The position numbers and the translations under genes are program-made. Positions 48,353-58,506 of a stretch of DNA of 64,000 bases are shown in pieces; position 1 is the stretch's first letter, and each line of letters begins with the position of its first letter. Below the pieces are notes generated by a model. That model made no database searches and was not told the origin of the DNA. It saw nothing but the letters and a program-made list of their open reading frames with translations. The DNA comes from Candidatus Sumerlaeota bacterium (GTDB lineage Bacteria; Sumerlaeota; Sumerlaeia; Sumerlaeales; Sumerlaeaceae). The stretch lies in the NCBI GenBank assembly GCA_026398535.1, contig JAPLSQ010000031.1:4165-68164 (forward strand). Direction: 5' to 3'.

Positions 48353-51048
48353 TGATGATGCCCTGTGCTTTTAATGCGGCGGCAGCATAATCCGAATCTT
48401 GGTAGAGAGCCATGGACTCCTTGAAATGGCGCTTGAGATCATCGAGACGCGGATCACTTGCATGATCGCGCTGCCGTTCACACCACAATTTATAGGCCAC
48501 ACTCAGTTTGTTTTGAGCCGCGCGCATCTTCCGAATGCGGTCCTTGATTGACTGTGCATCGGTGTGGCCAATTTTAATACGCTGGTATTCGCAGGGTCCC
48601 AGTGTCAGCCTTATGCCGGCTTCCATTTGACGCCGGTCCATGGTGCGCGCTGAAGCCTGCCCGTCCGCCCCCATGATGGTGACATCATATTTCCCTTCGA
48701 TCAGTTTCTTGAATAATATGTCCGCTGTCTTTGGATTTGCCGTGGGATTAAATGCGTAAAAATTGCGTTCCGCTGATGAAGCCGCCTCTTGGAAACCTTC
48801 GAGCAGATCGAGGTTTAACACCATGATGTCGGGATCATTGCATTCGGCCATGGCTTCGAACAGGAGGTAATTCCACAGCGATATCTGCGACATGTAAATG
48901 GCGCGTCCCATGCCGCCATGATCGCCTCCACGCTCAGGCATGCAGAAATTTTCAATCGATATATAATCAGCAGGATTGTCGACAAGTTCCTTGCTCGTGA
49001 TGGTTTCCCCATGAAAAACGGGCGGAAAAAACCAGAAGCTGTTCAACCGCATTGTGTTGAACAGGCGCATGAGGAGTTGAATGGGCGCGCGCGGATTGTC
49101 TCCCCTGAGCATGACCGTCATGGGCAGGTATGCCTCAATCGTTTCCCATGGAGCGGCGCCAAGATAACTGACATATGCCTGGAAGAGTCCCGCATTTTTC
49201 AGTATTTTGTCCTTCGGATCCGTCTCAAGCGCGCTTTCATACCAGAATGTCGCGCGCAGAAGGCTGTTGAGGAAATCGCGTGAATAATGCAGAAACTTCC
49301 CGTCACCGGTCAGCTCGTATATTTTCTGTCCCGCAGCAATCCCGTAACTGTTTCCGAATATCTCGGTGATCGGGAAATCAACCGGATCGGTGTAAGTGAT
49401 TTCATAGTGCGTATTTTTCACGGAGTAAGTCATGTTGCCGGATAGCAAGGTATCCAGCGACCTTTTGGCTTCTTCCAGGAATGTAGTGTCGCCCGTCATT
49501 TCGTAGGCCTTTGCCATCAGCCATGCATAAGAGCCGTTCTGCCACGGCTCATAGACGATGCCCAGCTCTTTGACATCCTGCTGGATGACGTTCTGTTTTG
49601 AATATGGATCGAACCACTGGGAAAAAACGTAATTTACATTGTGCGCCAGCTCGATTTCAGCGGGAATGGCCATAAGAAAGTGGCCGGCCACGGCAGGATT
49701 AAAATCTTCGGGGGCGAGGATGTCGTGGAGTTTGAGCGTCTCGATGGCGAATGTGTAATGTTGCCAAGGCATTTCAAACTCGCCTATCTTGTTAAACTGC
49801 CTGATGCCATAACGTATCATCCGTGCTTTGGGATCATAGAACAGGGGATACCCGGTTGCTTTGCGGCGCAGGAATTCCCGCTGCGCGGGATCGCTATCAA
49901 GGCGTTCGATGGCAGCCCATGGCGCCACATAGTTGTTGCAGGTGGAGAAGTCGTATAAATCAGTTGCTCTCTTGCGGAACAGGGCGGGGTAGGCGCCTGA
50001 TTTGAGAGCATAATCGGGGCTGATGCGAATGACACTCACCGGCGTGGTCAAACCATCATCCCAAGGCGGCGCCACTTCGACATCATCCCATACAGCGCCA
50101 GGATTGCCCCCTGTATCCTTGACCATGAGATTGCTGATCATCTTTTTCGCGAAGTATGTCCAATTGGTCGGCCCACCCTTGTGATTGACGGGCAAGGACG
50201 AGTGAGCAGGATGGCAACCGCCAAATACATCAACCATCCGGTCGAGAGCCTGAAGACGAGTGGGTTTTTCAGGCCGACTGGCCGCATACAAATAATACTC
50301 CGCCATGACACGATCACCGGAGGGAACCGGGTTGCTTGTAATTTCCAAGGCCCACAGTCCGAGTCCCGACCTGCCATCACGTTGCGCTGACTGCACGCGA
50401 TATGCCCGGTTGAAGCGGTTCTTGCCCATCCAGGTAAGTTGTGACATCTGCGCGAAGAAAGCTGCCTCTTTGCCATCGATCCAGATATACGCGGCGGGGA
50501 AACCGTTGGCCCATCCATTCACGTCGGCTCCGGTGTAAATATTGCCCGGTCCTTGGTTGACGGCCGCATCCACAGACGGCCTGTTCATCCACAACACAGC
50601 AGATGGCTGGGGAGTATTTATGGATAAAGGCGAGGTCAAATGGCATGTGACTGTAACATGAATGAGCGGATTGCCGCTCATTGCTTCAACAAGCGCATCC
50701 CATTTGTACCCCAAGCGTTCATGCTGCCCGTAGAGCATAACCGCTACACGTGTCGTGTTGTTTTCAACAACTGTGTGCGATCGGGGATACAGGTCGAAAT
50801 TCGGTCCGCTGAGCAGAGGCCCGCCACCGTCAAACAAGGGTTCCCATCGATCATGGTTGCGGATGAATGTGTATAGTCCGAGCCCTTGGGTTGTTGAATC
50901 TGCCGCGATCCCGGTTTGCGCAAGGGAATGACTCGTGCAGGATTGCAGGAAGACGACCTTGTGAAGCTCGTTGGCTATTTCAATGCATTCTGCTGATACC
51001 TTGAGCCAGGGCTTCGCCTGCGGGTGAACATGTTGCATCATGATCATA
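48327..51048 (-). CDS. Large protein of unknown function, paralog family member P3 (~905 aa), apparently cytoplasmic (no signal peptide)
   Basis: Start placed at MIMMQHVHPQAKPWLKVSAECIEIANELHKVVF, which aligns with the mature N-termini of P1/P2 and lies 68 bp after the upstream permease stop. The extra 115 aa in the track ORF (48327..51392) overlap the permease gene and look spurious. Shares the PQPSAVLWMN, GFPAAYIW, DFNPAVAGHFLM, GNSYGIAAG and SRDFLNSLLRATFWYE blocks. Confidence 0.75.
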
Positions 51049-51115
51049 ACCGTCCAGAAACATAATGTCAGCAATGGATGCCGATGATACACGGTAAGCG
51101 CTGTGTGACAGATTC

Positions 51116-52000
51116 TCAAATTCCCGACAACCCCGACAGTTTGATGCCTTCGACGTAATATCGCTGGTTGAAGAGAAAAATGACGATGATCGGGATGAGC
51201 ATCATGACAGACCCGGCCATGAGCAGCGGCCAATCGGTGCCATGCATGCCCTGGAATGTGGAAAGACCGACCATTACGGTGCGCATCTGTTCGCTGTTTG
51301 TGATGATCAGCGGCCAGAGAAAATCCTTCCACACACCAAGGAAGACAAACGTGGTGAGCGTGGCGAGCGCGGCCTTTGACAGGGGCAGGCAAATGCGATA
51401 ATAAATTTTGAACAGCGATGCGCCGTCGATTTTTGCGGCTTCCTCAAGCTCCACCGGTAATCCCATGAAAAATTGACGAAGCATGAATGTGCCATATGCT
51501 GAGAACATGCCCGGCACAATCAGGGCGAAATAGGAATCGACGCCGATGACCTTGCCGAAATACTGGTTGCAGATGTAGATCTCGGCGTCACTTATCCTGC
51601 CAAGCCAACTGATCAGTATGAAGACAGGGATCATCGTGACAGCGCCCGGAATCATCATCGTGGCGAGATAACCGAAAAACAGTTTGTCCCGGAGTGGGAA
51701 GTTCAGACGGGCGAATGAGTATGCCGCAAGCGAGCTTGTGATGATCTGTCCCGCCGTCACAAAGGCAACAATCAGGACGGTGTTCAACACAAACCGCCCG
51801 AATGGCAGCGCTTTCCATGCGGAAATATAGTTCGACCAAACGATGGGCGAGGGGATGAGCTGTTCAAAGAAGCCGGACTGGGCAAACACCTTGGACGCAT
51901 GCGTCAATGATGTTGCCAGCATCCACAGAAAAGGCAGTGTCATTGCGATGCCAACAACGGCAAGTATGACATACGTTGCGGTGTGACCAATGATTTTCAT
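51116..52000 (-). CDS. Carbohydrate ABC transporter permease (MalG/family-1 inner-membrane component)
   Basis: Start at MKIIGHTATYVILAVVGIAMTLPFLWMLATSL, inside the longer track ORF 51116..52147; EAA-like loop AAKIDGASLFKIYYRICLP. Confidence 0.8.
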   Translation of the reverse strand: MKIIGHTATYVILAVVGIAMTLPFLWMLATSLTHASKVFAQSGFFEQLIPSPIVWSNYISAWKALPFGRFVLNTVLIVAFVTAGQIITSSLAAYSFARLNFPLRDKLFFGYLATMMIPGAVTMIPVFILISWLGRISDAEIYICNQYFGKVIGVDSYFALIVPGMFSAYGTFMLRQFFMGLPVELEEAAKIDGASLFKIYYRICLPLSKAALATLTTFVFLGVWKDFLWPLIITNSEQMRTVMVGLSTFQGMHGTDWPLLMAGSVMMLIPIIVIFLFNQRYYVEGIKLSGLSGI

Positions 52001-52068
52001 GAGAATTCGGTAATGAATTCTTCTGTGAAGGGGGGGCTGTTTGGTCTGATCAAGCATTGTTCGTAAGC

Positions 52069-53028
52069 TCAGTAATAATGTACCCTGCGTCCTCCGAACT
52101 TCCAATTGAGCAGCGTCGCCGCGAAGACAAAGATGAAGAGTATCCATGCCAGCGCCGAAGCGTAGCCCATGTAATATTGCTCAAAGGCCTTTTGGTAGAT
52201 GTAGTAGGCGATGGTGGTGCTTGAACCGGCCGGGCCGCCGCGCGTGAGAACATAAAGGGAATCGAAACCGCCCTGGAATGCGCCAATCAGGCTCATTGTG
52301 ACGATGAAGAATGTTGTTGAGGAGAGCATGGGCCAGGTGATGTTGCGGAACTTCTGCCAGTTGGAAGCGCCGTCGATGTCAGCAGCTTCGTAAAGATGCG
52401 GGGGAATGCCCTGAAGTCCCGCAAGGTAAAGCAGCATATTGTAGCCGCCAATAGAGGTCCAGAATCCCATGAAAATAAGGGCGGGCTTGACCCACAGCGG
52501 TGAGCCAAGCCAGTTGGGGCCATTGATGCCAACCACGGAGAGAAGCTGGTTGAGGAGGCCAAAATCAGGATTCAGCAGCCAGCGCCACAACTGGTACATC
52601 GCGACCCCGGCTGCGATTGTGGGAATGAAATACAGCGCCCGGAAAAAGTTGATGCCCCGCAGCTTGGTGTTCATCACAAGGGCAAGTGCCAGAGATCCGA
52701 ACATGCTGAGAGGGATGCCAATCATGAAAAAGAAGGTGTTCCACAAGTATTGCCAGAACCGGGGATCGTTCGCGTGCAGGTGATTCCAGAAACATAGCCA
52801 GTCCGTGAGCCCGGTCATATTGTCTGTCCGGAGTTTCAGGCCAATGATGGAGGTGAAATTCCTCAGGCCGATAAATTCCGAGTTTTGCGAGTTGAAAATA
52901 TCCCAGTTGGTGAAACTCAGCAGCAGTGAAGCCGCGACAGGAAGCAGTGTGAAAGCAAGAAAGCCAGCCAGGTTGGGCATGATGAATAGATAACCGCATA
53001 ACGCCTCTTTGGTCTTGCGCGAGAACAT
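52069..53028 (-). CDS. Carbohydrate ABC transporter permease (MalF-like)
   Basis: Multi-TM; EAADIDGASNWQKFRNITWP permease motif. Confidence 0.85.
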   Translation of the reverse strand: MFSRKTKEALCGYLFIMPNLAGFLAFTLLPVAASLLLSFTNWDIFNSQNSEFIGLRNFTSIIGLKLRTDNMTGLTDWLCFWNHLHANDPRFWQYLWNTFFFMIGIPLSMFGSLALALVMNTKLRGINFFRALYFIPTIAAGVAMYQLWRWLLNPDFGLLNQLLSVVGINGPNWLGSPLWVKPALIFMGFWTSIGGYNMLLYLAGLQGIPPHLYEAADIDGASNWQKFRNITWPMLSSTTFFIVTMSLIGAFQGGFDSLYVLTRGGPAGSSTTIAYYIYQKAFEQYYMGYASALAWILFIFVFAATLLNWKFGGRRVHYY

Positions 53029-53036
53029 GGGCCTGT

Positions 53037-54320
53037 CTATGGTTCCTCCGAGAGAAGCTGGTTGATATTGTCAGTCATGTTGTCACACGCCTGCTCGGCG
53101 GTCTGTGTGTTCACGTAGACGAATTCAAGCTCGCGTCCGATGATGTCCATCATCTCGGCAATGCGCGGGTGTTTCGGAAACGCGTAACCATAAGGCAGGG
53201 CATCGATGAATGCATGATCATTCTTTGGTGGTTGTGTGGGATCCAGAAAGACGGCTGACTCGGTGAGCGATTTGAGCGCCGGCATGAAAACACCCCGGCG
53301 CGTGAACGCCGTCATGCCTTTTTCACCGGCAAGATACTTTGCCAATTCCCATGCTTGTTTTGGATGGCGGGTTTCACGCGGTATGCAGAAACCGAGTCCG
53401 ACGATGAGTGATGCCCGTTGTTTGCCCTTTGGCAAGGGCGCAACGTCCCACTGGAAATTCTTTATCTGGCGGAAGCGGGGCAGCACATAGCGCCCTGTCG
53501 GGATCATTGCCAGTTTGCCGTTAAGAAACATCTGTTCGGGATCCATGCCGCTCAACAGACTGGCAACTTGTGAACTGGGTGAGACGTGGTATTTGTTGGT
53601 CAAGTCGGTGTAGAAACGCAGTGCCTCTTTGGCTTCGGGAGTGTTCAACAGGCAGCGTTTCCCGTCAGTGGTGAGCATGTCACCGCCATTCTGCCATACC
53701 ATCTCCATCCAGTCGCGGACACAATATCCGAACTGGGTATAACGGCCCTGCGCATCCTGTTTGGTGAGCTTCTGCGCCGCATTGAGCAGAGCCTGCCAAT
53801 CCCATGACTCGTCAGGATATGACACGCCCGCCTTATCGAACAGATCCTGATTGTAATAGAGCACGAATGTGCCGGAATCAGCGGGCAAGCCATAAAGCCT
53901 GCCTTCCCACCGGAAGGCGTCAATAATAACAGGATAAAAGTTGGTGATCGCGAACTCGTGATCTTCCGCTACGTACGGATCGAGGTCAAGGAGGGCGTTG
54001 CGCGCGGCGAAACCCGCAAAGCGTTCCGGCTGCATGTAAAACACATCGGGCGGAGTGCCCGCCGCGATCATTGAAAGAATCTTGCCGTAATAGTCCGAAC
54101 CGCCGGCTGTGAAAATATACTCAATCTTAATGTTGCTGCGCGTGCGTTCGAACTCGGCCAAGATGTCCTTGGTGATTTGTATCTCCTCGGGCACGAGGCC
54201 CCAGGTGACATAACGCAGAATGACCCGATCGTCCGAGGGGCGTGTTATTCTGATGCAGCTTGGCAACAGGCACAAGAGCGCCGCCACAGCGGCGCAAGAT
54301 ATGGCCTTGGGCAAGATCAC
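53037..54320 (-). CDS. Carbohydrate ABC transporter substrate-binding lipoprotein (family 1)
   Basis: Lipoprotein signal AVAALLCLLPSC; family-1 binding-protein composition. Confidence 0.8.
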   Translation of the reverse strand: MILPKAISCAAVAALLCLLPSCIRITRPSDDRVILRYVTWGLVPEEIQITKDILAEFERTRSNIKIEYIFTAGGSDYYGKILSMIAAGTPPDVFYMQPERFAGFAARNALLDLDPYVAEDHEFAITNFYPVIIDAFRWEGRLYGLPADSGTFVLYYNQDLFDKAGVSYPDESWDWQALLNAAQKLTKQDAQGRYTQFGYCVRDWMEMVWQNGGDMLTTDGKRCLLNTPEAKEALRFYTDLTNKYHVSPSSQVASLLSGMDPEQMFLNGKLAMIPTGRYVLPRFRQIKNFQWDVAPLPKGKQRASLIVGLGFCIPRETRHPKQAWELAKYLAGEKGMTAFTRRGVFMPALKSLTESAVFLDPTQPPKNDHAFIDALPYGYAFPKHPRIAEMMDIIGRELEFVYVNTQTAEQACDNMTDNINQLLSEEP

Positions 54321-55117
54321 CAGATTGTGTAACCGCCATCGATGACGATATCCGTGCCAGTCATGAAACTTGAGGCATCGGACGAAAGATAGAGCGCCAG
54401 ACCGTCGAGGTCCTGTGGAACGCCGATGCGCTCCAAGGGTGTGTCGCGGCGGATGCCGTCCACCAGTTCCGGCATTTCAAAGATGCCCCGGGTCATTTCT
54501 GTTGCCATGTAACCAGGGCTGATGCAGTTCACTCTGACATTGTGCCGCGCCCAGAACGCGGCAAGCGCGCGCGTCAACTGCCTGACGCCAGCCTTTGCGG
54601 CACAATAGGCTGGAATGGCTGTCTGCCTGGTCTCGGGCACATACTCGGGCGGGAAGCGATTCACGATGCCCGCCGACATTGATGCCATGTTGATGATGCT
54701 GCCCCTCTTGCGGGCAATCATGTGCCTTGCCTGGGCCATGCAACAATAATAGACCCCGCTGAGATCAATGCCGATGACTCTTCTCCATATCTGCTCAGGT
54801 GTCGTGTCATCGGGCGCGCCATCGGAAACACCTGCCGCGTTGACGGCAATATCCAGTCCTCCCATGTCTTCGTGGATCGCGCTGATAACCGCGGCAACAT
54901 TCACATGATCGGAGACGTCGATCTGAAACGCGCTCGCATGCCCTCCAGATTTCACAATATCTTCGGCTGTGCGTGCGGCGCCATCAATGTTAATATCAGC
55001 AATGGCTACTTTTGCGCCTGCCCCTGCAAGTGTCCGCGCAATCTGGCGGCTCAAGCCCGATGCTCCGCCCGTTACTACGGCGATGCGGCCTGACAAATTG
55101 AATATATCGAAGCTCAT
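54317..55117 (-). CDS. Short-chain dehydrogenase/reductase (SDR) family oxidoreductase
   Basis: TGGASGLSRQIA Rossmann motif and the SDR catalytic region (…YCAAKAG…); stop overlaps the downstream binding-protein start. Confidence 0.85.
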   Translation of the reverse strand: MSFDIFNLSGRIAVVTGGASGLSRQIARTLAGAGAKVAIADINIDGAARTAEDIVKSGGHASAFQIDVSDHVNVAAVISAIHEDMGGLDIAVNAAGVSDGAPDDTTPEQIWRRVIGIDLSGVYYCCMAQARHMIARKRGSIINMASMSAGIVNRFPPEYVPETRQTAIPAYCAAKAGVRQLTRALAAFWARHNVRVNCISPGYMATEMTRGIFEMPELVDGIRRDTPLERIGVPQDLDGLALYLSSDASSFMTGTDIVIDGGYTIW

Positions 55118-55148
55118 TTAATTGCTCCCATGAAAAAACGGACCAGAA

Positions 55149-55988
55149 TCATGCCTTGAGCCCTGTCATTGTTATTCCCTCGACAAAATATCGCTGAGAA
55201 AAGAAAAAGACAACGATCAGCGGAATGATCACGATGGCCGACGCCGCCATCATCAGCTCCCATTGAACGCCCCGAACACCGATTGTCTTGGATAAAAAGC
55301 AGAAAAGCGCAAGGGGCAGTGTGTATAGTTGTTGATCGTGAACGAACAGGAGAGGCGTCCACAAATCATTCCATGATCCCATGAATGTGAAGACGATGAC
55401 AGTGAGAATTGCCGGCTTGGACAATGCCACAAACACGCGGAAGATGATGGCCCATTCGGAAGCCCCGTCGATCCTGGCCGAATCCACATAATCCTGGGGG
55501 ATTGAGGCAAAAAACTGCCGCAGAAGGAAGATCGCGAACACATTGACGCCAAGCCACGCAGGCACAAACATCGGGTAAAGCGTGTTGATCCATCCGAAGG
55601 ACACATACATCCTGAAGACAGGTATCACAGTCACCTGCGCCGGCAGCATCATCGTGGAAAGCAGCAGTATGAAAAACGCCTCTTTGCCTTTTGCCCGCAA
55701 TCTTGCGAAAGCATAGGCAGCCATCGCGGAGGAGAGGAATGTGCCCGTAATTGCCAGGATCACAACAACAAGCGAGTTGCGCAGATACAGGGCGAAATCA
55801 AATGAGGTCAGCGCCTCCACATAGTTGCTCCACATGGGTTTCTGGGGAAGCCAGACTGGCGGCTCCCGATAAACTTCCGTGAAGGTTTTCAATGAGGTGA
55901 GAATCATCCAAGCCAGCGGAATCAGCATGAGCAACGCCCCTGAGGAAAGGCATGCGTGCGCTACTACGGATCGGAAGTGTTGTTTCAT
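55149..55988 (-). CDS. Carbohydrate ABC transporter permease (MalG-like), second set
   Basis: Start at MKQHFRSVVAHACLSSGALLMLIPLAWMILTSL, overlapping the upstream permease stop; inside the longer track ORF 55149..56069; SARIDGASEWAIIFRVFV motif. Confidence 0.8.
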   Translation of the reverse strand: MKQHFRSVVAHACLSSGALLMLIPLAWMILTSLKTFTEVYREPPVWLPQKPMWSNYVEALTSFDFALYLRNSLVVVILAITGTFLSSAMAAYAFARLRAKGKEAFFILLLSTMMLPAQVTVIPVFRMYVSFGWINTLYPMFVPAWLGVNVFAIFLLRQFFASIPQDYVDSARIDGASEWAIIFRVFVALSKPAILTVIVFTFMGSWNDLWTPLLFVHDQQLYTLPLALFCFLSKTIGVRGVQWELMMAASAIVIIPLIVVFFFSQRYFVEGITMTGLKA

Positions 55989-56797
55989 GCTTTGTCCTGG
56001 AATACCCATAAGTGTTTCAGCGAGAAGTTGAGCAGGGTCAGGACAAGAATCAGGAAGAAGAGAAACCACGCCATCGCCGATGCGAGACCCATGTGAAAGT
56101 ATGTGAAGGCGGTGTCGTAAAGATTAAGCACATAAAAGAGCGTGGCGCGCGCGGGTCCTCCCACGACGCCAGGCCCCGCCAATCCGGTAAAGCGGCGGAA
56201 TGCTCCCGCCCCGTCAATCTCCGCAGATTCGTAAAGCGCCCGAGGGATGCCCTGAAGGCCGGCGAGGAAGATAAGCATTGTTCCCCCGAAACTCCATGCG
56301 GCCATGATAACAAGCGCCGGCAGAGCCCAAGTGGTTGAATTCAGCCATGCCGGTCCTTCAATGCCCGCCGCAGCCAGCATGCGGTTCAGGATGCCATATT
56401 TGGGATTAAATATCCAGATCCAGATGATTGCGGACGCTGTCGCTGGCAGGATTGCTGGCAAAAAATATACCGTGCGGTAAAATCCGATGGCGCGCACGCG
56501 CAGGTCAAGCAGGAGCGCCGCCAGCAAGGCGCTGCAAAGGTTCAAAGGCACATACATCAGCGCATAAAGAAGTGTGACCTTTAGCGATATCCAGAAGGTT
56601 GGCTCGAATTGAAACAGAAACAGATAGTTCCGCAACCCGATGAATTGTGGCGGGCTGACAGCATCATATTTAGTGAATGATAAATACAGGCTGGCCAGCA
56701 TGGGGCCGGCAGTCAGTATCAGAAATCCAGCCAGGGCCGGGGTCACAAGCGTCCAGAACCACAGTGTTTCGTGCCGCATGGTGGGCGAACGCATCAA
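55985..56797 (-). CDS. Carbohydrate ABC transporter permease (MalF-like), second set
   Basis: Multi-TM; SAEIDGAGAFRRFTG permease motif. Confidence 0.85.
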   Translation of the reverse strand: MMRSPTMRHETLWFWTLVTPALAGFLILTAGPMLASLYLSFTKYDAVSPPQFIGLRNYLFLFQFEPTFWISLKVTLLYALMYVPLNLCSALLAALLLDLRVRAIGFYRTVYFLPAILPATASAIIWIWIFNPKYGILNRMLAAAGIEGPAWLNSTTWALPALVIMAAWSFGGTMLIFLAGLQGIPRALYESAEIDGAGAFRRFTGLAGPGVVGGPARATLFYVLNLYDTAFTYFHMGLASAMAWFLFFLILVLTLLNFSLKHLWVFQDKA

Positions 56798-58200
56798 TTC
56801 TGTTTAATATCCTTTCCGAGTGTGGGGATGAATGTGTTTACGGCCTCCGAGGCGCGGCGGGCAGTCATGGCGGGCGTCTGTTTGTCCAGCAGCATTAGAT
56901 CAATCTCAGGCTGGATAACCTTGAGCATGATCTCCACGAAATCCGGCTGGCGGGGCAGTGTGCGTCCGAGTTCCAACGCTTCGTAAACAATCTCGGTGTG
57001 CTGCGGATCCTGTGGCCTTTCGCCAGGCTTCCCGGCAAGCACTGTCTCTTTGGCGATTGATTTGCGCACCGGCAGATAACCTTGTTGCGCATGGCGCCGG
57101 ATGCTTTCCTTCGACACGAGGAATTTAAGAAATTCCCATGCCTCATCCTTGTGCGGGGATGTTTTTGCGATTCCCATAGCGTCGATCGCGTACTCGCCTC
57201 CCTGCGCCTTGGGGCCGCGCGGCAGCACCTGGATGTCCCAGTGAAGACCCTCGATTTTCCTGTAGACAACCCATAACGCGGCATGTCCGCCATAATCCAT
57301 GGCGACGATTCCGCTGGCGAACTCCGGCGGAATCGGGCCGTATCCGGGCGGCGGGGAAACCTTGTAACGATATATCTTGTCGCGGTAGAACGTCAGCCCT
57401 TTGACAGCTTCAGGTGTGTCCAGCGTGCAGCGTGCAAGGTCGGGCGTGAAAAATGTTCCGCCGGCCTGCTCGACGAAGATGCCCCATTCGCCCCACCATC
57501 CCCCTGCGATGTTGCTGCCCCATTGCGTGACTTTTCCAGATGCATCCTTCAGTGTCAGGGTTTTCGCGGCTTTGATGTAATCATCCCATGTCCACTGCCT
57601 TGTGGGATAGGGCAACCCGGCCTTGTCGAACAGATTCTTGTTATAGTAGAGAAGATCGACCGTGAAATATCGCGGCATGTAATAGTATCGCCCCTGGTGT
57701 CTGCATCCCTCGATAAGTTGCGGGTAAAAATCAGCCAGTTCCATTTCCGCCGAATCGCTCTCGACATATGAAGTGATATCCGCAAGCGAGGATAGCATGT
57801 ATGGGGCGAAGACATCGCTGCACCAGAAGACGTCCGGCGCCTGGCCTGCCGCCGAGAGAGTTTTGAGTTTTGTATGGTACTGCCCTCCCGCCACCCACAT
57901 GATATCCACGCGGATGGCGGGATGAGCCTGCTCGAATATCCGCACGAGTTCCTCGAGCATTGGCTTGTTCACGGCGTCGTTTGAAAGCATCCACGTGAGA
58001 GTTGTCTTGTGGTTGTCGTTGTGAGCGCCGTGTGAAAGCGCAAATGCCGCGATAGCGGATATCGCGATGATCACGATACCGCATGTCTGAAGCAGCGGCC
58101 TTGTAAATTTCACTTTCAGTCTGCGGGGGCGGTTTCTTGAGATAATGATATTCCGGTCGAAATGAATGCGGAAATTCACTTTCGGCCAGCCATGTAACAT
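56794..58200 (-). CDS. Carbohydrate ABC transporter substrate-binding protein (family 1), second set
   Basis: N-terminal hydrophobic signal (TCGIVIIAISAIAAFALS), probably using an internal start; family-1 binding-protein composition; first gene of the long minus-strand operon. Confidence 0.75.
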   Translation of the reverse strand: MLHGWPKVNFRIHFDRNIIISRNRPRRLKVKFTRPLLQTCGIVIIAISAIAAFALSHGAHNDNHKTTLTWMLSNDAVNKPMLEELVRIFEQAHPAIRVDIMWVAGGQYHTKLKTLSAAGQAPDVFWCSDVFAPYMLSSLADITSYVESDSAEMELADFYPQLIEGCRHQGRYYYMPRYFTVDLLYYNKNLFDKAGLPYPTRQWTWDDYIKAAKTLTLKDASGKVTQWGSNIAGGWWGEWGIFVEQAGGTFFTPDLARCTLDTPEAVKGLTFYRDKIYRYKVSPPPGYGPIPPEFASGIVAMDYGGHAALWVVYRKIEGLHWDIQVLPRGPKAQGGEYAIDAMGIAKTSPHKDEAWEFLKFLVSKESIRRHAQQGYLPVRKSIAKETVLAGKPGERPQDPQHTEIVYEALELGRTLPRQPDFVEIMLKVIQPEIDLMLLDKQTPAMTARRASEAVNTFIPTLGKDIKQN

Positions 58201-58294
58201 AAAACCATGTTTATATGATCATGAATCGTCAAGAACAAAAATCATGTTTGGGCATATTTTATTCAGGAGCGCGCATCGTCTTCGTTCATACTGT

Positions 58295-58314
58295 CAATAT
58301 GATTGTCGATATTG
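58295..58314. promoter_or_regulatory. Palindrome CAATAT-N8-ATATTG in the divergent promoter region between the ABC operon and the sugar-dehydrogenase operon
   Basis: Perfect 6-bp inverted arms read directly from the sequence (58295-58300 and 58309-58314) in an AT-rich 306-bp intergenic region. Confidence 0.3.
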
Positions 58315-58506
58315 GCTTTATTGCGTTAATCCATGTTTTTGAACTGAAATAATGACTAATAAGCATATCTTTATTGTTTTTTCTCTTGACACCGGATTTC
58401 TCTTCCTGCAATAAAGGCGCCAAGAATCAATTATAAAATCCGATTTTGCCATGCCGTTTTTAGTCAAAAGGATGGTGGCATCACGGAATTCAGAGGTCAT
58501 GAATCT

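Noticed and set aside
51049-51392. 115-aa N-terminal extension of the P3 ORF in the six-frame track
   Set aside because: It overlaps the 3' end of the upstream permease gene. It is His/Arg-rich (MPAPVKGRARHAHHVCLP…) and has no counterpart in P1 or P2. The internal MIMMQ start aligns with the paralogs' mature N-termini.
58201-58506. -35/-10 promoter hexamers (e.g. TTGACA at 58385) for the plus-strand dehydrogenase operon
   Set aside because: Spacing to any TATAAT-like element is not convincing. Promoter consensus in this presumably non-proteobacterial lineage is uncertain. Only the palindrome was reported.
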